Part shown: positions 29,651 through 43,473 of the stretch, in pieces | Layout of the letters: each line of letters opens with the position of its first letter | How positions within the stretch are numbered: position 1 is the first letter of the stretch | Source: the human T2T-CHM13v2.0 reference genome, Homo sapiens | Assembly (NCBI RefSeq): GCF_009914755.1 | Contig: NC_060935.1 | Length of the DNA stretch: 64,000 nt | Strand: one strand, 5' to 3' | Notes under the pieces: model-generated | Seen by the model: only the letters and a program-made list of their open reading frames with translations | What the model was told of the DNA's origin: nothing | The model's database searches: none | Translations under genes and position numbers: made by a program

Positions 29651-30544
29651 GGAAAAAGACTTTTTAATCTTTTGAACCTATGCTCACCCTCACTCACAAT
29701 TAATGAAAATTACAATGTACTTTTTTTTTTTTTTTACATTTTAATACTTCTGAAATAAGAATGTTTATGTATGGGGTAGAAGCAGAGTCCAGTTTGACAG
29801 TCTTCCCTATCTACAGTGCCCAAAACTGAGACTCATGTAGACTAAGTGTTTAATATGTGTTTGTTGAAAAATCCTCTAAGCAATCAGGAAATACATTTAT
29901 GCAGAACATAGTTTTAGGGAAAGTAGAATTTAAGTCCAAATCCAAATCTTGAGTCACCTCAGCATGGTAGTCAGTTTGCTTTTGTTTCTAATTCCATCAT
30001 AGCAGCTCCTGGATTGTGATTTGTTCTCTACTTGGCCTTCCTTTAAGGCCTTTGCTCCCAAGTTTCCTTGGGGTAGTCTAGGAAAATTACGGCTACTACT
30101 GCTGTAGTTAATATGTCAGAAAAGGGGATATAATTACTTCCTGCAGAAGCTAGACTGTAAGTATAAAATTTTAAGAAAGACTGGAGTGCATCTGGGGTTT
30201 GCCATTGCCATATCTTCAAGTAATATAATGTCATTAGAGTCTTAGGATGTATGTGTCAGCATTTTAATCACTACTGTGGATATTACAAAGCCCTGAGATG
30301 ATACAAACATTGGTCTTTTGAGAAATATGGTTGTTTTATTTTTAAATCATTTACATGGAGAAAAAGTTGTTTATATAGGAGAGCCCTGGTGTTGAATTCC
30401 TGTAAGTCTCTTTTCTTTTCTGCTACTAATATACTCAGAAAGACCTTTTCACATTTTTAGTATTAGCTTTGGCCTCAGCACCTGAGGATCCCTCTGCCTC
30501 CTTGATTGGGTGTGTTTACCTTTTTGGAGATGATGGGTGCAGAA

Positions 30545-30800
30545 AACACTTGTGGTTAAGGGCATGAAATTTGGATACCATTAGAGAAGATTTCAAAACT
30601 TGGTTCAATCACGTTTTAATTCTGTGACCTTGAAAAATTTATAAATCCTTTCTGGGACTGTTTCTTCATTGGTAAAATGAGGGTAATAATTCCTTCTTTG
30701 TAGAGCTGCTATGAGGATTAAATGGGATAATTTATGTAAAGCTCTTAGCACAATGTTTGGAATTTTATTACAAATGAAATAAACTGAAATTACTATTAGT
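30545..30800. mobile_element. MIR SINE
   Basis: CTGTGACCTTG...TTTCTTCATTGGTAAAATGAGGGTAATAAT...TGAGGATTAAATGGGATAAT...AGCTCTTAGCACAATG. Confidence 0.75.
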
Positions 30801-31677
30801 TGTGAAGATGTATTGCTAACTTCCAAATAACAGTACATCACATATTTTAGTCATAGTTTTTGGTTTATTTTTGTTCTGTCCTTCACCTTAAAGCCCATGA
30901 TATATATTTAGCTTCAGAGTTACTTTTTTAAGGCAACAAATTTCCAGCTATTTTCTATTCAGAAGACCCCATGTCACCATTTGGCACGGAAAAAAGAAAC
31001 CCATAGTGAGAGTGACAGTGACAGCAGAAGTCTGTTGTCATTCTTTCTTCCTCTTTTTTCTACTGTCTCCACCCCACAACACAGGTTATACTGACACAGC
31101 ACAAGCTCATCCTAAGGCTAAATTTAGGATTTCAGGGGTGGAACTGCTGGAACACAGTTCTGAATAGTTGGCACTGTCCATCCAAGTAGATTGCCATTCC
31201 AATAATAAACCCATCTGGGTCTCTCCTGTGCAGACAGATGGTAATTGATTGTTTTTACTAAAAATTACAGTAGAATTATTCTCTAAAGATATTGCTACTG
31301 AGCATGTGGCCACAACCTAAACATAGGTTATCCACAGACTCCAAAGTTCCTGGGTGGGGAAGGGTTTATAGAAGCACCTCAACTCTACCTCCCATGTGTG
31401 TTCAGGGCTGGAGATTGAGATATCTGTCCTTCAGTTTCTCTGGTAGATTATAGAAATTACAGAGGTTTGTTCCATTTAAAGAAAGTGTTTTCCTTAATTA
31501 TAAAAGCAATACATGGTTGTTGTAGAAAATTTATAAATATATAACACAAGAAAAAGAAAAATTACCCTTCTCTCCCCTTAACACACACAAAACATCCTGT
31601 CATCCAAAGACAATCATGATTTGAATTTGGAGTTTTCCTTCTAGGCTTTTTTCTTGCCCCACTTTAACCAGGTGTTT

Positions 31678-32243
31678 ATGGTGGATGCAGTTGGTTGCCT
31701 ACTCAATAGCTTTTAGCCTTCCTTTCTTGAAGTCAGAACCCTGACAGTGTTTGAGAGACAAGGTGCCTGATTTAGTTGGTGAATCATAAATCATAATAGA
31801 TCTAAGCAAATCATGATAATTATTTCCACATCACCAGTGATTGAACTAAGGGCGACCATGTATCTCCGGACAGTGAGAGGCATGGAAAGTCTACTAGGTT
31901 GGAGAGGGGGTGGGATATGGGGAGCTGGGGAAAATTTTTTAAATCTCTGATTAAAAAATTGAATCAAATAAAAATAGTTTTGAATGCTGACGTTTAAAGA
32001 TACTCTGTCTGGAAGATTAGCAGCCACTTGTAACCATGAACCTGCAATGCCTTGGGATGCAAATCAGTACCCCGAGGATGATGGAGTGGGAGATTGAAAG
32101 GAGCATGGGTCTTTGATGATGCTATAGAGCTTGCTAGCCAACCCAACTCCTTGTTGATAAATAACAAATATGAGAATGGTGCCAACAGGGGTAGTGATTT
32201 GTTGTTGTTGTTACTTAATGCTGAACACGTACTCACTGATACA
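31678..32243 (+). mobile_element. Old MLT1 (J/K-like) MaLR LTR
   Basis: GCAGCCACTTGTAACCATGA, GGGTCTTTGATGATGCTATAGAGC, and 3' end CTCACTGATACA. Confidence 0.6.
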
Positions 32244-33465
32244 CAGGTTTGTTTTTGTTTTTGTTTTTTAAACTGCTGAACAAGACGTCAGCTGTGAGAC
32301 TGAGGGAGAAACTCTTGTTATTGGAATTAAGGGAACAATTAGAAATCTTCAGGACCACGAAGGTGTCATCATCCATGATTTGTGACCTTCAGCTATTGTA
32401 TCTTGATTAAATGTTACTTGAGTGAAGGAAAATGCAATTGAGCTGAGACTGCTCTTTCCTCATGTGCATATGTGTTTTTGGAGCATGGATCCTTCATAAA
32501 TAATTTGCATTACTGAGCTGCTTAGAATTTATTTTGCAAAAGGTTTGAAGGCTGGAAAATATGATGGTAGAGACTATACTGGCTGCACCCCAGGCTGGAC
32601 TCAGTGAATTGCCATTTGTCTGTTCCTGGAATGGGAGCACACAGTTCATCTGCTTTTAAACATCCTCTACAGGTGTTGTAACATCCTGTAGAGAATGTTG
32701 TTCTGGTTACTGGTCAAGTCTCATCTGATTCTATAGGGCATGGTTAATTGGTTAATGTAAGCTAGACAACAGAAATGATGAGTTTTATTTTTTTTGTAGA
32801 AAAAGGAAGAAGTGAAATATGTTCTAGTGAAATGAGAATGTGATAATATACAATATTCTGAACCAACTATGTGTTGGGGCTGATCCTAGCCCCAGAATAA
32901 TATGAATAGCTACCATTTATTGAGCTCCCAGAATGTGTTATCACTTTATGTTTATCTCTTTCAGTTTAGTCCCTACAAGTAAGGGTCTTCAATTGATTTA
33001 CAAGAGACTGTTGAGATTCCTGATTAAACAAGAGAATGAGTCTCAAGTAGAATCTGCTCTAATTAATATTTTTCCCCACAATTCTCTCAAACTCTTATAG
33101 TGCCTTAGGCATTTATAAGAGTCACCTGGCTTCCTTCTGGTTGACTATGATACCAATTCTATTCTACTTATCTGATGTATCAATGCTGAGAAGAGTTAGA
33201 AATCACTGTGGACAAAATGAACCCCAACTCATACTATGCACAAAAGGTTTATTTTTAAATACATTGTATATCTGGATGTGAAAAAAACCATGGGAGAATA
33301 TTTTCATAAATTTGAGTAAGGGGAGATTTTAAAATAGGAAACAAAATGCACTGGAGATAAAGGAAGTGACCACTTAATTTTAAGTCCACTTAATTTTAGT
33401 GGACTACACCAAAATTAAGAGTTTCTGCTCCTCAAAAAAAAAAAACACCATTAAGAGAGTGTGGT

Positions 33466-33955
33466 TTAATTTGCTTAATGGCCTCCAGCTCCATCCATGT
33501 TGCTGCAAGATACATGATTTCATTCTTTTTTATGGTTGCATAGTATTCCATGGTGTATGCATACCACATTTTCTTTATCCAGTCCATGGTTGATGGGGGC
33601 ACTTAGGTTGATTCCATGTCTTTGTTATTGTGAATAATGCTATGATGAACATACACATTCATGTGTGTTTTTAACACAGGAACAGAAACCAAATACCACA
33701 TGTTCTCACTTACAAGAGGGAGCTAAACATTGGGTGCTCATGGCCATAAAGCTGGCAGCAAGAGACACTAGGAACTACTAGGGCGGGGAGGGAGAGAGAA
33801 AAAGAAGGGTTGAAAAATTATGCTCACTAGTCAGGTGATGGGGTTGTTTATACCTCAAACCTCAGCATTATGCATACCCATGTAACGAACCTGCACATGT
33901 ACCTCCTGCATCTAAAATAAAAATTGAAATTATTTAAAAAGTAAAATAAAATAAA
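33466..33955 (+). mobile_element. Short L1PB/old-L1PA 3' end with 5' inversion
   Basis: Antisense L1 at about 33466-33670 joined to sense L1 from 33671 (TAACACAGGAACAG) running to an A-rich tail; degenerate TSD AGTGTGGT/AGTATGGT. Confidence 0.8.
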
Positions 33956-33957
33956 GT

Positions 33958-34393
33958 ATGGTGGACACTCCAATGTGTCACTCAAATTCTTCTTCAATGA
34001 AGAACTTGTTGCCTCACCTGCTGGGAGTGCTGTTGGCAGCCACCCAGCAACTTTCAGTTTCTTCAGGAGTTGTCTCAGCTACAGAGAGCTGCCCTCCCCA
34101 AGATCACGCTTTCCCCATAGTGGCACATAGTCAATGAGTGATTGATGCAGAGGTGCAAAAATCTGGCAATCTCCACCCAATCTGTCACAACTCTGCAGGC
34201 TCAGTCTCACTCCAAAACTCTCTGTGGGCTCAGCTGAAACCATTGTTGCTCCTGCATCACAGATTGACTCCTCTCTCTGCTCAATCCTGTTTATGGCTTC
34301 TCCCTTTGATTTGAGCCATAGGGGATTCTTTAATAAATATTCTGCGTGCTAAACTTTATCTGTGCATATCTTCTGGGGAATCCAAATTGTGAC
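33958..34393 (+). mobile_element. LTR16-like ERVL solo LTR
   Basis: GGTGGACACTCCAATGTGTCACTCAAATTC start, CAATGAGTGATTGATG, TAATAAATATTCTGCGTGCTAAAC, and end GGGAATCCAAATTGTGACA. Confidence 0.65.
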
Positions 34394-34686
34394 AGAGAAT
34401 AAAAGGAAAAGCTGTGGAGCCAGAGAAAATATTTTTAGCTCATATAACTGACAATGGAATCATAAGCAGCAGTACATAAACAACATCTAAAAGTTAAGAA
34501 CCCAATATGTAAGTGGGCAGGAGATTCAAAACAGATACTGTCTGTTTACAAAAGAGAGTATTGAAAATGATTAATAAACAGAAGAAAAGGTGTGTAACCT
34601 TGCTAGCAATCAAATAAACATAAATTTACACAACCAAAGAGATACTACTACACACTCACCAGAATGGTTAACATTAAAAAGACTGT

Positions 34687-35265
34687 GGAAGACAGTGTGG
34701 CGATTCCCAAGGATATAGAATGAGAAATCCCATTTGACCCAGCAATCCTATTACTGGGTATATACCCAAAGGATTATAAATCATTGTACTACAAAGACAC
34801 ATGCACACGTATGTTTATTGCAGCACTGTTCACAATAGCAAAGACTTGGAACCAACCCAAATGGCCATAAATGATAGACTGGATAAAGAAAATGTGGCAC
34901 ATATGCACCATGGAATACTATGAAGGCATAAAAAAGGGATGAGTTTATGTCCTTTGCAGGGACACGAATGAAGCTGGAAACCATCATTCTCAGTAAACTA
35001 ACACAGGAACAGAAAACCAAACACCGCATGTTCTCACTCATCAGTGGGAGTTGAACAATGAGAACACATGGACACAGGGAGAGGAACATCACACACTGGG
35101 GCCTGTTTGGGGGTTTGGGGATAGAGGAGGGATAGCATTAGGAAAAACACCTAATGTAGATGATGGGTTGATGGGTGCAGCAAACCACCATGGCAAGTCC
35201 ATACCTACGTAACAAACCTGCATGTTCTGTACATGTATCCCAAAACTTAAAGTATAATAATAATT
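34687..35265 (+). mobile_element. 5'-truncated L1PA (about PA6-8) 3' end
   Basis: Canonical ORF2 C-terminus and 3'UTR ending CTTAAAGTATAATAA; TSD AAAAGACTGT at 34677-34686 and 35266-35275. Confidence 0.9.
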
Positions 35266-36859
35266 AAAAGACTGTCAATATGAAGTATTGGTGGGGACGT
35301 AGAGCAATAGAAACTCTTACATACTGCTACTGGAGGCATAAATTGTTATAACCTCTTTGGAAACTGAAGCAACAGCTTGGGATTATCTGCTAAGGCTTAT
35401 GTGTACACACATGACCCAGCAATTATGCTCTTAGATGTGCATTCAGAGGAAACACGTGTGCACGTGTTTAGCAGTCAAGTTAATGGCTGCCTTTCAGGGA
35501 CAGTGATGGAGAGGAGGCACCAGAGGGATTTGAGGTGTTGATAATGTTGTGTGAGGTAATTCAGTGAGGTGTACATTTATGTTTTCTGCAGTTTGATGTA
35601 TGTGTGTTATATTTCACAATTAAAAAGGCAAAAATAGTTGGCTGTGAAACCTGAAAAATAAAGAACCTCAAGTAAAGTTCTAGTACTAGAGTTATTGTGA
35701 GAAATTTCCCTTCTTCACCACAGCAAGAGTGAACCAGAGAAATCATGAGGACTAAGGGGGCACGGGTAGAATTTCCATAATGCGGTTAATACTGGTGGAG
35801 AAGAACAGTTGAGAATATTTGATGATGATGGTGATGGTGCTATCAAGGCAAAATCTTTATTTTCCAAAGTCACATCAAGGTCATGCCACATTATTAAATT
35901 ACAGCAAGATATCAACATCTCAGGTCATACATTAGTGTAAAGTGGACTGATTCTACTTCTCTCTTTCTATGAATAAGTTACTTAACCTCTGGATATTTGT
36001 ATCCTTATTGCTAAAATGTTAACAAGCCCCATCTCATGGTGTTATTGTAAAAAATAAATAAAGCAAGGTACATGAAGTGTCTGCATATTGTAGGTATTCA
36101 ATAATAATGGTTCCTTTGTCACTACACCCCTTTTTACTGTCTTGTCATATTGTTTTGTTGTAGTGAGCATTGGGATTGACAGTACAGCTTTCAATCCACG
36201 CATTCCCTGTCATGAAGCAATAGTATGGCTTTAGAGGTATGTTCTAGTTCCAGGGTTGAATTCTGATTTGTTGAACTTATTTATGGCAATTCTAAATTCC
36301 TTGCCATTTTGATTCAAAAATGAATGCGAAACTTTTTTTGGCAACCCCCTTCTTATGATCATGAGAAGCCCAGCCTAAGAATGCAGATGATCCATGGCAG
36401 AGGGCATTCCTGAGAGAATTATAGGAAACAAAGCTTAAATCTTACTCCTAACATCCAAAGCACTCTCCCTGGACTTCTGGTTATATTAACAAATGGAACT
36501 GCGTATTTCTTAAAGCTTTTAAAGTTTAGGATTCTATTACAGACAAGTCACCTTAATTGATACACTCATAGTGACTTGTCATCAAAATCATTAGATCTTC
36601 TTCATATGATGTTTTTAAGTCCTGTATCTGTATACAAGCCAATTTGGGAACTTATGTAGAATACGTATAATTATCCTCATCAAATAACCACTTAATTTTA
36701 GTCAGACTGTCCTGATCTATTTAAGTCTCTTTTTTAGAACTCTTATTAGCAGTATCGCTTCATGAAGTCCCAAGTTCCAGGGAAAAGAAAAAAATCCCTG
36801 CATCGGCCTTCCCAAAACACAGTAAGCAGAGACCTGTTCCCTCTGCCTTTGTAGGAATT

Positions 36860-37090
36860 TATCCCTCTGTGTCTCTTTCTTTCTCTGTCTTTACTGCTCT
36901 GTACATCTCCCCACTATCCATCTTTGGGTCTCTCTGTCACTTCTTTCTATTTGCCCTCTTTTTCTGTCTTACTCTGTATCTGCCTCTCTGTCCCTCTGTC
37001 TCTCTGCCTGCCTCTATCTGTCTGTCTGTTCTCTGTGTTGTCTTCCTCAGTCTTGATCTTTTTCTCTGTTTTTCTGTCTTCTTGCCATTG
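36860..37090. repeat. Degenerate (TC)/(TCTG) pyrimidine-rich tract
   Basis: Read directly. Confidence 0.8.
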
Positions 37091-37489
37091 CAGGGAAACT
37101 TTACTCTTTTTGCTTAGAAGGATTTAATTAATTGTTTGGAGAGTGAGCAACTGATGTGCGTTTCTGACTATTCTCTTTTCTAACCTAAAGGAGTATAATA
37201 GGCATTATATGAAATTACATATAAAGAGCCAGACACAATGTGGGCATGAAATTAAAGGGAATCATCATAATTCTTTCTTGAATTCTCTTTTTCTTGTATA
37301 TGGCCAAAAGGATGTGCCATGTTTTCTCTGCACTTTTAATAACTTGTGTGGTGGATACAAGACTGACTATACTTGTTTCATTTCTCACTTATTATGACTC
37401 TTTTTTAAAAAAATAGTATTTATTTTTTTTGCTTTTTTTTAAGTTTTACTCTATTCTTATTTTTTCTACTCTTAACACCACTCAATGAT

Positions 37490-37745
37490 TATTCTATTTT
37501 TAGTTGACAAGTAATAATTGTGTATAATCATGTGATACCACGTAATGTTTCCACAAATGTATACATTTTAGAATGATCAAATCAAGGTAATTAGCATAAT
37601 CATCACTTCAAATATTTATTATTTCTTCATATAGAGAACATTTAAATTCTCTCTTTTAGCTATTTTAAAATATACAATATCTTATTATTAAGTCGAACAT
37701 CAGAACTAACTTCTCTTATTTAACTACAACTTTGTACCTACTGAC
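37490..37745 (-). mobile_element. L1MA 3'-end fragment
   Basis: AATGATCAAATCAAGGTAATTAGCATAATCATCACTTCAAATATTTATTATTTCTT...TTTAGCTATTTTAAAATATACAAT. Confidence 0.75.
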
Positions 37746-38167
37746 CTTAAGAAGATTTGGTTCTACTCTTCTAAGACACTTTACATTTCTGCTGATCAAC
37801 ACAATATTCCATTTTCTTGTGACGTTAAATCCAGAGAACAGTGGAGTAGACAGGATGTGGCCTTTGGAGGAAAATCAACACGCCTTTCCTCTGTCCAAGT
37901 AGTTTGTGAGACGTTGCCACAAACACAGCATTTCTGTCTTTCTATTATTTATCTTGTCCTCAAAGTTCTCTCTCCACCAGATCCTTGATGCACTTTAAAG
38001 AATTTGCCATCTTGACTTAGAAACTTGTTTTTAAACTCATCTTTAAAATCTGGGGTTTGTTGGTAATGTACACCTGCCACGGCTGAATTTCTGTCACGAG
38101 TTTCATCCAATCAAATCTTGAGAATACTTATAATATTCTTGTCTTTCCCACCCCCCCCCCCACACCG

Positions 38168-38483
<316 letters not shown>

Positions 38484-38701
38484 TATAATATTTTTAGTAT
38501 TATATTAAAATACGAAATTTAATACATGTAGTTTATGCTGTGATATTAGGACAATTCACTTGTTTAATACATACATATATACACGTAAGTATATACATAT
38601 ACATAAACGTAGCTATCTATCTAATCTCTTACTGTTGGCTAGGTGCTAGGGTCACAGTAGTGAATAATATACTCTAGTCTCCCCATCCTCACACAGCCCA
38701 C

Positions 38702-39171
38702 TGCATTAGGTTGAATAGTGTTCCCCTAATATTCATATCCATCTGGAACCTGTGAGTGTAGCCTTATGTGGAAATAGGGTCTTTGTACATGTAATGAAGT
38801 TAAGATAAAGTCATACTGGATCAAGGTGTACTCTAAATCTTATATGACTAGTGCCCTTATAAAAAGAGGGAATTGGTCAGGCACGGTGGCTCATGCCTGT
38901 AATCCCAGCACTTTGGGAGGCTGAGGCGGGCGGATCACGAGGTCAGGAGGTCGAGACCATCGTGGCTAACATGGTGAAACCCCGTCTCCACTAAAACTAC
39001 AAAAAAAAAAAAAATTAGCCAGGCATGGTGGCAGGCGCCTGTAGTCACAGCTACTCGGGAGGCTGAGGCAGGAGAATAGCGTGAACCCGGGAGGTGGAGC
39101 ATGACGTGAGCCGAGATCGCGCCTGGGCAATCTCCAGCCTCCAGCCTGGGCGACAGAGCGAGACTCCGTCT

Positions 39172-39225
<54 letters not shown>

Positions 39226-39534
39226 AATGTTCTCACACACATACACAGCATAACTCCATGTAAGGATGGGCAGAGGAGGAGGCCATGTGAACAGACGGGC
39301 AGAGACAGGAGGGACACATCTACAAACCAAGGGATGTCAAGGACTGGGGTCAGCCACCAGAAGCTGGGAGGAAGGCGTAGAACAGACCCTCCCTCAGAAT
39401 TTTCAGTAGAAACCAACCCTGCTTTCACTTTGATTTCAGACTTTCAGCCTCCAGAACGGTGAGAGAATATATTCTCTTGCTTCAAAGCCATCCAGTTTGT
39501 GTTAATTTGTTATGGCAGTCTTGGAAACTAATGC
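38702..39534 (+). mobile_element. MLT1B/C MaLR LTR interrupted by an Alu
   Basis: GGTTGAATAGTGTTCCCC...TGGAAATAGGGTCTTTG...CAGCCTCCAGAACGGTGAGAGAATA...GGAAACTAATGC. Confidence 0.82.
38876..39223 (+). mobile_element. AluY/Sc-like Alu with a rearranged 3' arm and an (A)51 tail
   Basis: Dimeric Alu; A run at 39173-39223. Confidence 0.9.
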
Positions 39535-41325
39535 TCATGCGGTCTTCTTTCTAAGCTCTTTTCTTGCTAATGTCTCTTGACTTTTTGGAAGGGTTGGGAG
39601 GTCTCTTATCCACTATCTTTCTTCCTGTAGTTTCATTGTTTCTGTCTACAATATAATCTAACCATTTATCTTCATCACTCTTGGCCATTTGTTTTAAGTC
39701 TTCAGGATCATGGTGTAATTTGCTTCTTCTCATTTTTCATAGGATGTGTCCCCTTGCTTGCCAGCATCCTTCGATTTTGGAATTATAAATCACAGTCTGA
39801 AAACGTGTTCTTTGATACCATCTATTTAATCAGCAACAACATTTTCCATATCTTTTTTCCCCGACCTGAAATGTGACCTTCAACAGGAAGAAAACACATG
39901 ACCTACGCTTCTAGTCCTTCAGGAATGGATGCGTTGTATGTGTTCTTTTGACTAGTGTCATCCACTTAGTTTTAATTGAGTTTGACCTGTATCCTCTGGG
40001 TTACTTTTGTCTTTCTGAAGAAAATACATGAACATTGAAGGTGGGGAATATTGTTTTCTAACTTTTTTTTCTTTTTTCTTTTCCCTCAGAATGGTTAGCA
40101 CAAATGTGGGCATAAGGGTAGCATTTAATACTAACTGGGTAACTCATTTGCTTTTTCTTATCCTTTTTCATTTGCTTTTTCTTATTTTTTCTAGCAAAGT
40201 GTTGAGGAGTAGATCAACATGTGTTAGTCAGAGGGCTCTTTGAAAAGCCCTGGTTAGGTGTTAATGATGTTCAGAATTTATGAGGATGTAAGTCAATTCA
40301 TATCTTAGGCCACTAAGGAATTTCAGACAATTTTATTGAAAGGATCCAGATTATGACAGTTGTTTTTCCACTGAGTAGACTGCAGTTACTGGAGGATACC
40401 CATATTGGACTCAGGAATCTCTGAGATTCCCCTAATGTCAATATTGGTGCAAGCTATCCTCAAGGGGAGGACTTGGGTTCTGGTGATGATTTCCAGAGAT
40501 ACACTTTGCTTAAATCGAATGCCCATGTGCATATGCTAGAATGTTGAAAACCAGCACAGTGCCTCATTTGGAAAAAAAAAGGCACCCGTAACTGAGTGGC
40601 TCTAACTGATACCCCTCATTTATACAAGATCTTCTTATTTGTTGGTCAGATACTAGAGTTGAAGAAATTGAGTTTCTTTTATTAAGCTTTCACAAAATTT
40701 GTAAATTTCTCTGAGCATGTCTTATTTTCCTGGAGAAAATTCCTGACTGAAGTGTAAACATTAAGGCAAAGACTTCCTAGTTGAAATGCTTGATTTCTGA
40801 GAAATTATGTTCAAATTTTAGTGAACATAATATGATTTCAGTCTTACAACAGTGTGGAATAAGTACAGGCAAATTATTGATTTCTTGATTTTTTAGTGCA
40901 CATTTTGGCTATGAACTGTTTCTAGGTAATAAGAGAAGGTAGTCAGAACAAATATTACCAAATTAAGAATTAGTAGTTTCAGACACCCAATATATTTATG
41001 TGCTTGAAATTTCGTAGTTATGACAGAAATTTTTAAGTCATAGCTAATGTTATTGTGTATTATAGAAGTACACAATGAAATGGATATTATATTAGGCTAA
41101 CCATATTCTAAGTTCTTTTTTCTAGAAAATGGTTTATACCATGGTTCTGTTCATGAAACTAATTGTTATTGAGTACCTTAGAAGTTTAAACACTATAATA
41201 GCTAATTTTGATGATACAAAGAAATATGATTTGAGACCTCCTTCCATGGGTCTTATAATAAATCTAGTAGGGATGATAAAACCAGTGCAAATGTAATGAA
41301 TAGTTGTCATTATTTTTGACTTTCT

Positions 41326-41875
41326 ATAATCCAAACACTCTTCCTTTGCTCAGGGAATTTTTTACCTCATGAGTCTTTGTGGGAGATACGGCCTCTCTCC
41401 TCTCTCTCTCTCTCTCTCTCTATCTCTATCTAGGATATGAATATTCCAGATACTTACCTAGCCAACCTTGCACTGAGGGCATGACCATGTTCTCTGGTCC
41501 CTGCTAATCAGGTGCAACCACTCTGGACAGAAAGATTCAGGGTTGATGAATTTGCTCTGGCGATTGTTCTCATAAGGTTGAATTATTCAGGAAACAGTGC
41601 AACTAGCAAGTTAGCATCTGTGACATGTGTCAGCAGTGTCTGTGGGTCAAGGCACAATCCCTGGATGTTTGCGGCAGCAGCAGTGATGGATATACTCCCC
41701 AGAGCAGTTCTGTAGCCTGAGTCTTGGCATTATTTTTGGTTGCTTATCCCCAGGCGTGATTCTTCAGCCTTCCTGGAAATTCTATTATCTCTACTTAATT
41801 CTTCTTAAATAGTTATTCTGCTTAAACCGTTTAAGAGTTAGTTTTTTATTTCTTAATGCAGAATCTTAGTGATAG
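41326..41875 (+). mobile_element. Old ERVL-class LTR (LTR33-like) with internal (TC)n, followed by (GT)n at about 41875-41900
   Basis: ATTCCAGATACTTACCTAGCCAACCTTGCACTGAGGGCATGACCATG and 3' end TTCTGCTTAAACCG...AGAGTTAGTTTT. Confidence 0.5.
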
Positions 41876-43473
41876 TGTGTGTGTGTGTGTGTGTGTGTGT
41901 AATTAAGTTTGCTTAAAGTACCATAGGAATGGTAGAAAGATGAGATTACTTCTGGATGGGGCCCTTTCAATGGGTTATCTACCTTGCACGTGATTACCTA
42001 CTATAATATCAATCTTGAAAGGTTGAGTAGTCTATGCTAGCGCTTCTAGGTAAAATTATAACTTTATAATGTGTCAACAGTAAAGTTCTACAAAATCTTG
42101 TTTAATTTACAAATTAAAATGCTTTCGATTTAGACCTACTTGGGCATAAGAAATTTTATACATTGATTACACTATAAACCATATATATATAAAACATTAT
42201 ATATATCATTATATAAACATACTGTATATGTGTGTGTGTGTATATATATATCCCTACAATAAACCTGGAGAATTGGTTAGCTTGATTAATGTAGAGAATA
42301 AAGTCAGATTAATTCAAGTTTAAAATAATACAAGCTACTGCCAGGCCTGAATTCACCAGTCTCTATTTTGACCAAGTATGTAGTACAGTTGCCAATGTTC
42401 CATGTTCCTTTTATTTAAGCCACCTTGGTCTAGTAGAAATCTGAGGCATGGACAGATAGACTAAATCTTCTGAAGTTGCTGGGCTGAGTTTACCACACTT
42501 CACTGGTGATAAAGAATGCCAAAATAAACATTCCTGTTAAGTAATAGTTTTTGTGCTCTAGAAGGCAAGATCAACTCTATCTTCCAGACATGTCAATCCA
42601 GCTGCAGTTACGCATACATATTTGGGGTTCTGTAGTGCAGTCTTCTTCCCTACAATACTGTTTGACCACTATAAGCATCCACTCTAGAGTACAGGTCTTA
42701 TTAGCAGCTTGAAGGAAGGTTTACAGTCAGTAATCAAATAAAGGCATATTCTTCTCCAGTTCCACATTCTCATCCCCACCATTGGACTTTCCCAGGGTTT
42801 AGAATTAATTCAAACCATGTATTTAGACATATTTCCCGTATGTCTTACGCACATTTATCAATGGATTTAGGTTCAGCAGTTGTTTTAGAGCATTTGCCTT
42901 GCGTCTAGGAGGAATTGAAGGCTTAGTACTCAAATACTCTTTTCCCATGTGTCAGTCTGAGTAAGATCAGCCTTTACAGAGATTGTGTTAAGCTCCTTTG
43001 GAGGCTGCTGGCTCTACTTATAGTTAGGGACTTCCAAGTGCATTTGTTAAACAATTATTATGAAACTCTATCACCTTCCCTTCTGTAACTCTTCCCTAAA
43101 ATGCCCTTAACAGAAACATTTCTACCATGCAACTCAGAAAATGCATCATCTCTTTAAACAGGTGTTGATCTGGCTCACTGTTTGTGTTGTTTTAATTTGG
43201 TTTGGTATTTTATATTGTAGCTTGAATAATTTTTGAGGATAGATAATGTTTGTGCTTTACCATAGAATATGTCTTTTACCTGTACAACCTTATTGAAAGA
43301 GGAGCTATTCTAAATTTTACACCTTGGACATGGATTCACAAATAAGGTAATTGATTTTTTGGTAATTAATTTCAATTCAATGCAATTGAAATCAATTGAT
43401 AACTAATTTTTAAAACAAATCATCATATCCTATACATATTAATATGGTTTTATTTCATTTTCTTAATACTCTA

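Larger units (their letters stand above)
33205..35630 (+). mobile_element. Ancient L1M(E) host element split by three younger insertions
   Basis: Collinear L1 pieces at about 33205-33455 (GGACTACACCAAAATTAAGAGTTTCTGCTCCTCAAAA), 34394-34680 and 35270-35630. Confidence 0.65.

Noticed and set aside
35805-35860. EF-hand-like peptide 'LRIFDDDGDGAIKAKSL' on the plus strand
   Set aside because: It arises from a short (GAT/GGT)n run, lacks the position-12 Glu, has an in-frame stop upstream and no second EF-hand.
40144-40185. 18-bp duplication TCATTTGCTTTTTCTTAT with 24-bp period, and TGACAATAT twice at 44654-44671
   Set aside because: Ordinary slippage micro-duplications with only two copies; not an array and not CRISPR-like.
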